Virus record (IMG/VR): IMGVR_UViG_3300009545_000018
Span: 186,001 to 250,000 of that record
Length of the DNA: 64,000 nucleotides
Strand: one strand, 5' to 3'
In this document: positions 1 through 10,199 of the stretch, in pieces
Layout: every line of letters begins with the position of its first letter
Position numbering within the stretch: the stretch's first letter is position 1
The notes under the pieces: model-generated
Databases searched by the model: none
Told to the model about the DNA's origin: nothing
The model's input: the letters and a program-made list of their open reading frames with translations, nothing else
Made by a program: the position numbers and the translations under genes

Positions 1-7
1 TCAAGTT

Positions 8-844
8 ATGGAACCATGTTCCGACAATTTTAGTGTTTTAGAACAAAAATATAATTTAACTGGTATCGGATGTAAGATGTTATCAACAATAACATCAGCG
101 ACACCTGCTCAAAATAAAGTAATTACAGCAAATAAACTTTTAGTTTTTAAACTTTATCCGTCATATTATGGTCCCAAATATGAACAGATAGCTTTCTCCG
201 AAATTAAAGATGATAAAAGCAAAACTAAAGTATTATGCTTTTTTGAAAGAAGTGATAATGTCTATGGTAAGCAGCACAAAAATATTTGTCTTAATGGCAC
301 TAAGTCTAATTATGGAGATAAACTATCGTCTATTTTCCAAATATTTAAAGATGAAGCCTCTTTTTATTCAATTCAGAAGGATACTGATCCTGCTAGAATT
401 AAGAAAGATTTTGATGGGTTTGTGTTATTAGATGATTTTATTAATGAAAAAATTGTTAAATCTAATATGGATTTTGTAGGAATAAAGGCAGTTTCTAATT
501 ACTTTAATTATTCTTATTATAATGATTCTAATTATAAGAATCAAAAAACAGATGATTTACTAAATATTATAGACGACAAATCTGTTTATGCTAAAAGGGC
601 TATTGCAAATAAAAAGATTCTTTCTTTGAAAGAAAAACACTATATAATTCCTTTGTATGAACAATTATGTTCTGTTATTACAGATAAACAAATAAAAGAT
701 TGGTGGAATGCTCATCCTGAATTAGATTACAAAAAAATTCAAGATGAGTGTAATAAAAAATATCCATTATTAAGCTATAACATAGAGCATGTTGTAAGTA
801 TAGAACATATCGCACAATATATTAATTTCATTGATTCATTATAA
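8..844 (+). CDS. Probable rIIA-like protein, C-terminal part (likely truncated by window edge)
   Basis: Long ORF directly upstream of rIIB; rIIA-rIIB adjacency is conserved in T4-like and jumbo phages; no diagnostic motif in this fragment. Confidence 0.45.
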   Translation: MEPCSDNFSVLEQKYNLTGIGCKMLSTITSATPAQNKVITANKLLVFKLYPSYYGPKYEQIAFSEIKDDKSKTKVLCFFERSDNVYGKQHKNICLNGTKSNYGDKLSSIFQIFKDEASFYSIQKDTDPARIKKDFDGFVLLDDFINEKIVKSNMDFVGIKAVSNYFNYSYYNDSNYKNQKTDDLLNIIDDKSVYAKRAIANKKILSLKEKHYIIPLYEQLCSVITDKQIKDWWNAHPELDYKKIQDECNKKYPLLSYNIEHVVSIEHIAQYINFIDSL

Positions 845-859
845 TTTAGGAGAAATATT

Positions 860-1705
860 ATGAAAAACAAATTTTCGTGGGCTATATCAGATAGTAATGT
901 AACGGTTAATTTTGAGGGGAAAACACATATTGTTCCACTTCATGAACCCTTAGCAAAAGATTTAATTCAAGCTTTAAAAGAAAAGCGCCTGGAAGATATT
1001 CCAAATCTCATTTCAGTAGCCAAGAGAATTGAAAAAATGTCTCAAGGTGAATTTATTGTTCAAGATGGAGTTATATTGGTAGATAATATTCCAGCTCCTA
1101 AGGTGCTTAGTGATAAAATTTTGAATTTTTCAAATAGTGGTTTGCCATTCGAACCATTGCTTAATTTTGCTAAAAAGGTTCAGAAAAACCCATCTTTTAG
1201 AGCCGTAAATGAATTATATTCATTTTTGGAAAAAAATGACCATCCAATTACAGAAAGTGGAAATTTCATTGCTTATAAAAGAGTAAGGGGTGATTTTAAA
1301 GATATTCACAGCGGAACATTTGATAATTCTGTTGGGAAAACTATATCTATGCCACGAAATCAAGTTAATGAAGATCCAGATCAAACTTGTAGTCAAGGAT
1401 TACATGTTGCAAATTGGTGGTATGCTCATACACAATTTGCTAGCTCAAATTCAGATACTGATATTATGTTGGAGGTAGAAATAAATCCAGCAGATGTAGT
1501 AGCTGTACCCAATGATTATAATAATGCTAAAATGAGAGTTTGTAAGTATACAGTTTTAGGTGTTGTAAATTCGGAACATTCTAGTGATGTTCAATTAAAA
1601 TATTCAGGTGTGGCACCTTCAAATGATATATTTGAAGGTAATCCTCATTTTGAAGATGATTATCCATTTGAAGATGAACTAGATGTTGATGATTTAGAGT
1701 GGTAA
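860..1705 (+). CDS. rIIB: rIIB-like protein
   Basis: NPSFRAVNELYSFLE, ITESGNFIAYKRV, DIHSGTFDNSVG, MPRNQV, TCSQGLHV, DVVAVPNDY motifs typical of rIIB; AGGAG SD upstream. Confidence 0.85.
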   Translation: MKNKFSWAISDSNVTVNFEGKTHIVPLHEPLAKDLIQALKEKRLEDIPNLISVAKRIEKMSQGEFIVQDGVILVDNIPAPKVLSDKILNFSNSGLPFEPLLNFAKKVQKNPSFRAVNELYSFLEKNDHPITESGNFIAYKRVRGDFKDIHSGTFDNSVGKTISMPRNQVNEDPDQTCSQGLHVANWWYAHTQFASSNSDTDIMLEVEINPADVVAVPNDYNNAKMRVCKYTVLGVVNSEHSSDVQLKYSGVAPSNDIFEGNPHFEDDYPFEDELDVDDLEW

Positions 1706-1740
1706 TTAAAAATAAATTATATTGATGCCAACTAATTTAT

Positions 1741-1749
1741 TGATATAAA
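1741..1749 (+). promoter_or_regulatory. Extended -10-like element TGnTATAAA, 6 nt before the ATG at 1756
   Basis: TGATATAAA-TTATGT-ATG; one copy of a motif recurring upstream of many genes. Confidence 0.5.
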
Positions 1750-1755
1750 TTATGT

Positions 1756-2796
1756 ATGGTAATAAAGTTAGAAAACATAAATCCTAAGTTTAGAGAACAA
1801 ACTGATTTATTATTTTTTGGAAATAATCTGAATTTAGATATAAATAATTTTATTTTATTATTACATAGTAATTATATTCAACATTCAGAATATTTTTTTG
1901 ATAGATTCGTAAAATCTTGTGATATTTTTTGGGAAAATAATCAAGAACTTTGGTTTTATCGATTAAATTTTATCTTTTCTTTACAAGATAAAGGTCTTTC
2001 TAAGAAAGTTTCTTCTTTTTTAGAAAAAAGAATGTCAACCTTAATTCGTCGCAAATTTTGTATTTCTCCTAAATATGATGTGGAATTTTTACATTATTTA
2101 ACTTTATGTCAAATTAAAAAAAATAAAAATGAAGCTTTAGATTTTGCCTATAATTTTTTAGAAGAGTTGCCCTCTATATTCAAAATAGATAGTACTATTG
2201 AAGTCATAAAACATTTTATTCCTTTATTATATTCTGGAGTAGAAGATTATGCTGTAAGTATTTCTAAAAAAATAGATAATTCTTCCAAGAATTTTGTAAT
2301 ACTTAAAGCTTTAGAAAAACATGGTGTAGTTTATAATAGAAAGTATCTTATAGATTTAGCAGGCAATCTTTTAATTGAACGAGGAAATTCCGATAAAAAT
2401 AAAAGATTATTTTTTGCTTTAATTTCTGATTCAGAAATTTTGATTGGTTTAAAATCAAATTTTTCCTCTTTACATAAAAGAAAATTAATTGCATTTTTAA
2501 ATCAATGCGATCATACTTTATTAGAAGATTCTCATTTTAATAATATTAAAAATATTTTGGAATTAGATTGTTCTTTAGCGGAATCAGTAATTAAAATTTA
2601 TATTAGTAAATTATATTCACGACAATATACTCATACTAAATCTAATGCTGATAGATTAATTAGATTAATAAAGAAAGTTTCAATTATTTCTCCTAGAATA
2701 GTTTTTTCTTGTTTATCTGCTAAAAACAAAATGAGTGATATTAAATATATGCTTCCATATTTTCCAGAAGTAAAAAATATAGCGGCATTCTTATAA
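1756..2796 (+). CDS. Hypothetical helical protein ending in the recurrent C-terminal AF motif (NIAAFL)
   Basis: 346-aa ORF, no recognised family. Confidence 0.75.
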   Translation: MVIKLENINPKFREQTDLLFFGNNLNLDINNFILLLHSNYIQHSEYFFDRFVKSCDIFWENNQELWFYRLNFIFSLQDKGLSKKVSSFLEKRMSTLIRRKFCISPKYDVEFLHYLTLCQIKKNKNEALDFAYNFLEELPSIFKIDSTIEVIKHFIPLLYSGVEDYAVSISKKIDNSSKNFVILKALEKHGVVYNRKYLIDLAGNLLIERGNSDKNKRLFFALISDSEILIGLKSNFSSLHKRKLIAFLNQCDHTLLEDSHFNNIKNILELDCSLAESVIKIYISKLYSRQYTHTKSNADRLIRLIKKVSIISPRIVFSCLSAKNKMSDIKYMLPYFPEVKNIAAFL

Positions 2797-2823
2797 TTAG
2801 AAAGTTTAAATTAGGTATTTAAA

Positions 2824-3453
2824 ATGGGTTGTGATATTCATTTTTATATTGAACATTATTATAAAGATAAATGGCATTGTGTTAAGGAACCATCAGAATT
2901 TCGTCCTGAATGGGATAAAGATCCAAATATTAGATGGTATATAGGCAGAAGTTACCATTTATTTGGATTATTAGCGGGCGTTAGATCAAATGTATTACCA
3001 ACACCAATTGCTCCAAGAGGATTTCCTGAAGATGCTTCAGTTTTAGTTAAAAGAGAATTTAAAAAATGGGGTAGTGATGCACATACTCCATCATATATTC
3101 TTTTGACTGAATTATTAGATTTTGAAAATATAATAATAGATCAGCCTATCTATTTAAGCCCTCCAGAATATAAAAACTTTTTGAATAATTCTAATAATTT
3201 AGACATAAATTGTTTATATGAACGTGACGAAGATAATATTATCTCTTTTCAAGAATTAGAAAAAATAAGTAATTTATTGGCTTTTACCAATGATGATACG
3301 TACTTATATAAATATGCTAAAATTGATAATGTAAAATTACCACTTATTAGTTTTATAAATAATAATGTTATTTGGAAAGATGTAGTGCCAAAAATGAAAA
3401 AGTTAAATAAAGATCCATCTAAAGTAAGATGTGTTTTTTGGTTTGATAATTAA
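2824..3453 (+). CDS. Conserved phage hypothetical protein (MGCDIH...FWFDN type)
   Basis: Starts MGCDIH, contains RSYHLFGLLAGVR, PRGFPEDAS and HTPSY, ends VFWFDN. Confidence 0.75.
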   Translation: MGCDIHFYIEHYYKDKWHCVKEPSEFRPEWDKDPNIRWYIGRSYHLFGLLAGVRSNVLPTPIAPRGFPEDASVLVKREFKKWGSDAHTPSYILLTELLDFENIIIDQPIYLSPPEYKNFLNNSNNLDINCLYERDEDNIISFQELEKISNLLAFTNDDTYLYKYAKIDNVKLPLISFINNNVIWKDVVPKMKKLNKDPSKVRCVFWFDN

Positions 3454-4605
3454 ATGACACACCAATTATTTGATATAATTTGTAAAAAACAACCCTATTT
3501 AAAATGGGTTAAACAAAAAACCGTATTGTTAGTTCGTCATGGCAGCCACGCTTATGGAACTAATACCGAATCTTCAGATGAAGATTTTAAAGGAATTTTT
3601 ATTCCTCCCAAAAATTATTATCTGGGAACTGTCCATAGAATTGAACAGTTGGAGCTAAAAGCTCCAGATCCAGATTGTGTAATCTATGAACTTCGTAAAT
3701 TTTTTAATCTTGCTATGGACAACAATCCTAATATTATTGAAGTATTGCATACTTCTCCAGAAGATCACTTATTTGTTGACGAATTGGGCGAGATGATTTT
3801 AGATAGACGTAATGATTTTTTATCTAAAAAAGCGAAACATACGTTCTTGGGTTATAGTGTTAGTCAACTTAAGAGAATAAAAACACATAAAAAATGGTTA
3901 ATGAATCCGCCAGCAAAACCACCCACTCGTGAGCAAATGGGTCTTCCAGATTCAACATTGATTCCACAAGATCAGTTAATGGCAGTGCAAGCCGAAATTC
4001 AAAAAGAATTAGATAAAGCTCAATTTGATTTTATGGACAATTTAGATGAGCCAACTAAAATTGGCATCAGAACAATTATGTCTGAAATGTTGGCTGAATT
4101 AAAAATCACCAGTGATGATCATTGGATGGCAGCTTCTAGAAAAATTGGGCTTTCTGATAATTTCATAGAAATAATGAAGAAAGAAAGAGAGTATACTTCT
4201 AGAAAACGTGAATGGGACCAATATAATAATTGGAAAGCTAATCGCAATCCAACACGAGCAGCTTTAGAAGAAAAATATGGATTTGATTGTAAACACGCTT
4301 ATCACTTGGTTAGGCTAATTAGGATGTGTGAAGAAATTTTAACAACTGGTAAAGTTATTGTAAAGCGCCCGGATAGAGAAGAGCTTCTTTCTATTAGAAA
4401 TGGTGCTTGGTCTTATGAAAAATTAATTGATTTTGCTGAGTCCAAAGAGAAGAACTTAAATGAACTGTATAATACATGTAATGTTATTCCTAAAGTTCCT
4501 GATAAAGAATCTTTAGATAAATTATGCATTCAATTAATAGAAAAATCTATTTCTAACTATTCAATGTATTCTGTTAAAAAGAAATTTTATTCTATGATAA
4601 GATAA
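3454..4605 (+). CDS. Pol-beta superfamily nucleotidyltransferase (RlaP/YcgL-like) with helical insertion
   Basis: GSHAYGTNTESSDEDFKG (GS...DxD) motif; KHAYHLVRLIRMCEEIL C-terminal motif. Confidence 0.8.
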   Translation: MTHQLFDIICKKQPYLKWVKQKTVLLVRHGSHAYGTNTESSDEDFKGIFIPPKNYYLGTVHRIEQLELKAPDPDCVIYELRKFFNLAMDNNPNIIEVLHTSPEDHLFVDELGEMILDRRNDFLSKKAKHTFLGYSVSQLKRIKTHKKWLMNPPAKPPTREQMGLPDSTLIPQDQLMAVQAEIQKELDKAQFDFMDNLDEPTKIGIRTIMSEMLAELKITSDDHWMAASRKIGLSDNFIEIMKKEREYTSRKREWDQYNNWKANRNPTRAALEEKYGFDCKHAYHLVRLIRMCEEILTTGKVIVKRPDREELLSIRNGAWSYEKLIDFAESKEKNLNELYNTCNVIPKVPDKESLDKLCIQLIEKSISNYSMYSVKKKFYSMIR

Positions 4606-4638
4606 GAAAAATATCTCTCCGTAATAAGGCATAATTTT

Positions 4639-4989
4639 ATGAGTTATATAATCACCATCTCTCCCAAAGCCGCAATAGAGATTAAGAAAAAGTTAGTGGA
4701 ACGTAACTCTTCAAATTGTCATATAAGATTGGGAGTGAAAGGTGGTGGTTGTTCTGGATTTTCATATGTTCTTGAATATGAAGATAAAGAACCATTAGAA
4801 ACAGATCTTTTATTTTTTTCGGAAGATATTAAAATTGTAGTTGATAAAAAAAGTATTTTATATTTAAATGGCACTCAATTAGATTGGGAAAATAAATTAA
4901 TGTATACTGGATTTAAGTTTGTTAATCCATTAGAAACCTCAAAATGTGGTTGTGGACATTCTGTTAGCCTTAATAAGGAAAAATTATGA
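4639..4989 (+). CDS. iscA: A-type Fe-S carrier protein (IscA/HesB family)
   Basis: RLGVKGGGCSGFSY, IVVDKKSILYLNGTQLD, FKFVNP, CGCG. Confidence 0.92.
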   Translation: MSYIITISPKAAIEIKKKLVERNSSNCHIRLGVKGGGCSGFSYVLEYEDKEPLETDLLFFSEDIKIVVDKKSILYLNGTQLDWENKLMYTGFKFVNPLETSKCGCGHSVSLNKEKL

Positions 4990-5210
4990 TTCATGGAATT
5001 TATATAAAAAATAGACCCAAAGGTTCATGGCAATTAGTATCCATTGCTATTTCTGCTGAAGCAGTGAATCAAGATATACATAAAATAACTAAACAAGCAC
5101 AAAAAGAAGGAAAAACAGATATCCAAGTTGGTTTTCAGATTTTTGAATCTGAATATAATATTCCAGAGTTTCTTAAAGAATTAAAAGAACAAAAATTAAT
5201 CTATAATTAA
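4986..5210 (+). CDS. Hypothetical protein
   Basis: ATGA-coupled ORF, 74 aa. Confidence 0.7.
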   Translation: MIHGIYIKNRPKGSWQLVSIAISAEAVNQDIHKITKQAQKEGKTDIQVGFQIFESEYNIPEFLKELKEQKLIYN

Positions 5211-6166
5211 TGCAAATTTCACTGTTCTATCAATGGTTTAAAGACTTTAAACCACTTTATAATTATTTAGAAGAGAACCCTAATGATGTTATGTATTTTG
5301 ATAACATGTTAGAGGTGTTTATTAATAAACAAAATATTCTTAATTTAAATTCAATATTATCTACTTTTCAAAATAAAAGATATTATATTGGTAGTACTTT
5401 TAAAGAACATTTGATTCAATTTTTTGTTAAAAACGATGATGAAATTTTAGATTTAGCAATAAGTTATTTTTTAAGTTGTCAAGATAAAGAATATGCCCTC
5501 TTATTGTTAAACGAATTAAAAAAGCAAAATCATCATAAATATTTTAATTATATAGATGATTTTTTGGCTCTAGATGATTTTACTGATAATTTTGTTATAA
5601 ATAATTTTCTAAATATTATAGAAAAAAATCATAAATATATAATTCGGCAATTGCTTATCAAAAAGCAATTTATCTCCTTAAGTAACTATATACAAATTTT
5701 GGTACCATCATTATCTTCTTTTGATATTTCTTCATTATGTCAACAAATAGCTAGTATTAAATATTATGAAGGTCAGCATTTGCCAAATAATGACTATTTT
5801 TCCTTAATTCTCAAAATTTTTTACAAGTCTTCAACTTTTGATCATTATAACTTTAATTATTTGATCAGTAATTATGATAGGTTTCAATTTTCTTATTATC
5901 TAATAAACTACTATCATAATAACATTAACTTATTAAGTAAGTGGGGAACATATTTAAAATATTATTTTGAATATGATTATTTAACTTTTGAGGACATGAT
6001 TCTAGATAAAGTTGATGGATATAACTTGGTTTTATATAGTAAAATAAATTATGAATGTTCTAAAAGAAAATTTTTAGAAAAAATATTATCGCTTAAAGAT
6101 CAAGATTTATTAGCTAACTTTGTTAAATATCATAGTGAATTTCAAAAATTATTACCCTTATTGTGA
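5210..6166 (+). CDS. Hypothetical helical protein
   Basis: 318-aa ORF coupled to upstream gene (TAATG). Confidence 0.7.
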   Translation: MQISLFYQWFKDFKPLYNYLEENPNDVMYFDNMLEVFINKQNILNLNSILSTFQNKRYYIGSTFKEHLIQFFVKNDDEILDLAISYFLSCQDKEYALLLLNELKKQNHHKYFNYIDDFLALDDFTDNFVINNFLNIIEKNHKYIIRQLLIKKQFISLSNYIQILVPSLSSFDISSLCQQIASIKYYEGQHLPNNDYFSLILKIFYKSSTFDHYNFNYLISNYDRFQFSYYLINYYHNNINLLSKWGTYLKYYFEYDYLTFEDMILDKVDGYNLVLYSKINYECSKRKFLEKILSLKDQDLLANFVKYHSEFQKLLPLL

Positions 6167-6207
6167 TAAGCTTATGTAAAGACTCATGTTATATATTTAT
6201 GTGAAAC

Positions 6208-7320
6208 ATGAGTAATGCACTAAATCTTTCAGAAATAAATCAAGAAGAAGCTCTTAAGCTAGGTAAATTTTTTATTAAATCACGTCAAAACTTATTTCTC
6301 TTTGGCAGACGTGGAGTGGGTAAAACACATATAATTTTACAAGCAGCACAAGAGTGTAAGGTAAAAGTAAATTATATTAATTTAAGTGTGGTTGAAAGAC
6401 CTGATTTAGCTGGTTATCCTGATATTCATAGTAGTGGAGACGTAGTAACTTATAAATCTCCACAATTTCTTCCTAGATTATTAGAAGATGCTGATCCGGA
6501 TAGCATCATCCTATTTGATGAAGTAGATAAAGCCCCCATTGAAGTTACAGCTCCATTATTAGAAATCTTACAATTCGGTAAAGTTAACAATAATAAAGTT
6601 AATGCATTATGTTGTATTCTTACTGGAAATTTAATTAATGAGAATTCCTATTCTAATCAAATAAGTTCTGCCCTATTAGATAGGGGCGCAAAATATGTTT
6701 TATCATTTAATTTTGACAAATGGGTTGAATGGGCAAAAGATAATCAAATTAATGATTTAATTTTGGGTTTCTTAAAAAACAATATAGAATTTGCTTGTGG
6801 TAAAATTGAAGATTCTAATTATGCAAGTCCCTCTCCAAGAGGTTGGACATTAGCATCAGAAGCTTTGTTAAAAGCCAAATCATTAAAAATTTCTGATATA
6901 GAAAGTATAACTCAAATTATTTCTGGATTTGTAGGTAACGAAGCCGGTCTAAGATTTAAAATATGGTATGAGAATTTTAGAAGGTTTGAACCATATATTC
7001 ATCAATTAATTGATACTGGATCAATGTTATTCAATTTTAATGAACTATCACCTTCTGAAAAGTTAATATTTTCTATTTCAGTTTGTTATTATACTAAAAA
7101 TAAAGTATTAACAAACAATCGCAAATCCAAAAACAGATTTGCTGATTTAGAAAATTTATGTAAGTTTTTTAAATCATATGAGATGAGTGAAGAGGTCAAG
7201 GTTATGGGACTCAATAATTCATTTGACTTTAATATGATAACTAAAATGAAGCTATACGAGTGTAAAGAATTTTTTGATTTATTTAATCAAATAACTGAAA
7301 AATTACAATTCAAAAAATAA
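6208..7320 (+). CDS. AAA+ ATPase (MoxR/dynein-related-like)
   Basis: Walker A GRRGVGKT, Walker B ILFDEVDKA, SALLDR arginine-finger region, SPRGW. Confidence 0.85.
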   Translation: MSNALNLSEINQEEALKLGKFFIKSRQNLFLFGRRGVGKTHIILQAAQECKVKVNYINLSVVERPDLAGYPDIHSSGDVVTYKSPQFLPRLLEDADPDSIILFDEVDKAPIEVTAPLLEILQFGKVNNNKVNALCCILTGNLINENSYSNQISSALLDRGAKYVLSFNFDKWVEWAKDNQINDLILGFLKNNIEFACGKIEDSNYASPSPRGWTLASEALLKAKSLKISDIESITQIISGFVGNEAGLRFKIWYENFRRFEPYIHQLIDTGSMLFNFNELSPSEKLIFSISVCYYTKNKVLTNNRKSKNRFADLENLCKFFKSYEMSEEVKVMGLNNSFDFNMITKMKLYECKEFFDLFNQITEKLQFKK

Positions 7321-7376
7321 AACATTGTCCCTTGACACTTATTTTATAAAATTTACCTTATAAACATCGAGGATAA

Positions 7377-7700
7377 ATGAGCGCATTGAATCACATTAAT
7401 GATAATAATTTTGAAGCAGAAGTGATAAATTCTGAAGTACCAGTTTTAATAGAATTTGGTGCAGTGTGGTGTGGACCATGTAAAAGACAATTGCCAATAT
7501 TAGAAGAATTTGCAGAATCTAATAAAGACTCTGTAAAAGTATTATCTTTAGATATTGATGAGTCCCCAGTAGTTACTGGTAAATTTAATGTAAGAGGCGT
7601 TCCAACCCTCATGTTATTTAAAGATGGCAAAAAAGTTGGAGTTAAAGTTGGCTTAACAACCAAAGCTGGATTAGAAAATTTATTAAAGGAAAATTTATAA
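7377..7700 (+). CDS. trxA: Thioredoxin
   Basis: WCGPC active site, FNVRGVPTLMLFKDG; GGAGG SD. Confidence 0.95.
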   Translation: MSALNHINDNNFEAEVINSEVPVLIEFGAVWCGPCKRQLPILEEFAESNKDSVKVLSLDIDESPVVTGKFNVRGVPTLMLFKDGKKVGVKVGLTTKAGLENLLKENL

Positions 7701-7728
7701 ACTATTTTTAATAAGTTAAGCCAAGAGC

Positions 7729-7759
7729 AAAACCAGCTTTAAAGCTGGTTTTTTATTTT
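7729..7759 (+). terminator. Intrinsic terminator downstream of trxA
   Basis: Perfect inverted repeat AAAACCAGCTTT/AAAGCTGGTTTT running into a T tract. Confidence 0.75.
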
Positions 7760-7770
7760 GGAGTAATAGT

Positions 7771-8013
7771 ATGTGTCGTGATTGTAATATACCAAATGGA
7801 ACGTTTTTCATTGGTCAAAAAGTAAAAGTGGTAAAACCTATTAAAGGTTGGTTTGATTTTTCTATTAAACAAGAAATTCCAGTAGGAACTATTGGTTTAA
7901 TATTTAAAATTGAAAAAGTAAGTGTAGATTTAGAAGATGTAGAATATACAGTTAAATTTGTATCAGAATTTGATTATGTAAAAATAAAACATAAAGATTT
8001 AAATAATTTGTAA
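7771..8013 (+). CDS. Hypothetical small beta-rich protein
   Basis: 80-aa ORF with GGAG SD. Confidence 0.6.
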   Translation: MCRDCNIPNGTFFIGQKVKVVKPIKGWFDFSIKQEIPVGTIGLIFKIEKVSVDLEDVEYTVKFVSEFDYVKIKHKDLNNL

Positions 8014-8029
8014 GAAAGCAAAATAATAA

Positions 8030-8965
8030 ATGTCAGAAGTTATAATTGTTTGTGGTTTTCCTTCCAGTGGCAAGAGTACTGTAACTAAAAAATTAGCAGA
8101 GAAAGGTTACAGTATCTTAAATAGAGACACTGAAGGTGGAACTATTGCACAATTGCTTCCCAAGATGGAGGCTCTGTTAAATGATAATAAGAATGTCATA
8201 TTAGATAATCTATTTCCTACAGTTGAAAGTAGGAAGCCATTTATTGATTTAGCAAAAAGCAAAAATGTAAATATTAAATGTATTGTTATGAGTACAACTA
8301 TTGAAGAAGCTACTTTTAACTTTGTACAGCGTGCAATTGGCATATTAGGTGAATTTCCTACACCAGAGCTTATTAAAAAGGCTAAACACCCCAATATTTT
8401 TCCTCCTGCAGTAATGTTTAAATACAAAAAAGAATTTGAAAAACCAACTGTTGCTGAAGGTTTCTCAAGTGTAGAAATGTTTAAATTCAATAGAATTGAC
8501 GATCCTACCTTTACAAACAAGGCTTTAATTTTAGATTATGATGGTACCTTGAGAGAATGTATTGGAGGTAATGGTAAATATCCAGTTACTAAAGATCAAA
8601 TTGAAATTAAATCAAATAGAAAAGCCATTTTAGATAAATATAAATCTGAAGGTTATTTATTATTAGGAATGTCGAATCAGAGCGGAATATATAAAGGTGA
8701 TTTGAGTGATGCAGTAGCTCATGAGCTATTTCAACATACTAATAAACTATTAGGCATTGATATTGAGTATAACTTTTGCCCTCATCAATCTGCGCCAATT
8801 TCTTGTTATTGTAGAAAACCAATGCAAGGAAAATTTGTAGAGATGATGTTAAAGCATAAGCTTGATCGTAAACAATGTAAAATGGTTGGAGACTTTACGA
8901 GCGATTCCACTTTTGCGAAAAGAAGTGGCATCGAATATGTAGATCAGGCGGAGTTTTTTAAATGA
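8030..8965 (+). CDS. P-loop kinase fused to HAD-IIIA phosphatase (PNKP/GmhB-like)
   Basis: GFPSSGKST and ILNRD in the N-half; DYDGT, SNQSGI, CYCRKP, MVGD in the C-half. Confidence 0.85.
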   Translation: MSEVIIVCGFPSSGKSTVTKKLAEKGYSILNRDTEGGTIAQLLPKMEALLNDNKNVILDNLFPTVESRKPFIDLAKSKNVNIKCIVMSTTIEEATFNFVQRAIGILGEFPTPELIKKAKHPNIFPPAVMFKYKKEFEKPTVAEGFSSVEMFKFNRIDDPTFTNKALILDYDGTLRECIGGNGKYPVTKDQIEIKSNRKAILDKYKSEGYLLLGMSNQSGIYKGDLSDAVAHELFQHTNKLLGIDIEYNFCPHQSAPISCYCRKPMQGKFVEMMLKHKLDRKQCKMVGDFTSDSTFAKRSGIEYVDQAEFFK

Positions 8966-9300
8966 AAAATAAAATAATTAATCAAAAAATGAATTGTGAT
9001 ATTAGACTTACCAGCATAGAATATTGGAAAGGTAAGAATATTTTAATTCCAAAAAATTCTACTTATTCCTTAACTATTGATTATCCATTTAGTATACCAG
9101 GAATTTTTAAATTACAAACAAAAAAATCTGTAGGATTAATAGAACTATTAAAATTTATTCATAAATGCTATGAAAAACAATATAAAATAGCAGACAAAGA
9201 CGAAGATAATAGTTATTGGCACGGAATAGAAGATTTAGTTATTGAAGGTATTAATATTAATCATAAAACCAAAAAAATTACACTGTATATTGGCTCTTAA
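8962..9300 (+). CDS. Hypothetical protein
   Basis: ATGA-coupled ORF; TIDYPFS and YWHGIEDLVIE segments. Confidence 0.7.
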   Translation: MKNKIINQKMNCDIRLTSIEYWKGKNILIPKNSTYSLTIDYPFSIPGIFKLQTKKSVGLIELLKFIHKCYEKQYKIADKDEDNSYWHGIEDLVIEGININHKTKKITLYIGS

Positions 9301-9362
9301 TAACAAATATAACTAAATTTTAGATTTCTAAAAACAATTACAAAATTATTTAGGTAAATAAT

Positions 9363-9599
9363 ATGCCTGTGATAGATCCAGATTATCAAAATACATATTG
9401 GAGTATTGAGTCAACTGATAATACAGTTAGAATTTGTTTACATCAAAGATTTGATATAAATTATTATACCGGACTAGAGAAACTTGAAAATGATGAATGG
9501 ATTCATGTTACAGGCTCCAGTCGTGGTCATATGCAATCTAAAAGTAAGGCAATGCAAAGGGTTCAACATATATTAGAAACTTACACAACATTTAGTTAA
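9363..9599 (+). CDS. Hypothetical protein
   Basis: 78-aa ORF with AGGT SD. Confidence 0.6.
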   Translation: MPVIDPDYQNTYWSIESTDNTVRICLHQRFDINYYTGLEKLENDEWIHVTGSSRGHMQSKSKAMQRVQHILETYTTFS

Positions 9600-9600
9600 T

Positions 9601-9960
9601 ATGAAAAAATCTGATCAAACCACACCACTTCTTAATTTGATGTCTTTACCTGAACATTTTAAATTTATGGATAGAAAAATTATAGAGGAATTGCATATTA
9701 GACCGGCTGGCATATCCTCGATAGAACACCATAAACAAAAGCTGGGAAAACAAAAATATTGCTGGTCAGGCTTTGTAAAACATTGGGTTTGGGAAAGTGA
9801 TGCCTGGAGGGTATATGTTAGCAGTGAAGGTTCTTCTTTTGAAGTTTTAGAAAATTTATCTCCAGAAAATGCAATCGTTGCTTGGAAGGATTATTACTCT
9901 AAAGTAAAATCAGTTCCAGATTCTGTTATCGATAACTTTATGAGTAAGATGAAAAAATGA
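9601..9960 (+). CDS. Hypothetical protein
   Basis: 119-aa Trp-rich ORF within the operon. Confidence 0.65.
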   Translation: MKKSDQTTPLLNLMSLPEHFKFMDRKIIEELHIRPAGISSIEHHKQKLGKQKYCWSGFVKHWVWESDAWRVYVSSEGSSFEVLENLSPENAIVAWKDYYSKVKSVPDSVIDNFMSKMKK

Positions 9961-10199
9961 GAATTAATTGGGAAATATTTTTTGGAGCCTCTTCTCTTGT
10001 AGAAGCAATAATAGAATTTGCTTATTTGAATCATTCTTTTAAAGAATTTAAAAACAATTGTTATCCTAAAGAATGTAAAGAAGTAATTAGCAAATTAAAG
10101 CATAAGGGTTATAAAAAGAGTAGACGTTCGGCTCGAGAAGCTTTAATTCGTCGAGGATATAAAATTAAGACTAAATGGGAATTGGTATATTATGATTAA
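9957..10199 (+). CDS. Hypothetical basic protein
   Basis: ATGA-coupled ORF. Confidence 0.6.
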   Translation: MRINWEIFFGASSLVEAIIEFAYLNHSFKEFKNNCYPKECKEVISKLKHKGYKKSRRSAREALIRRGYKIKTKWELVYYD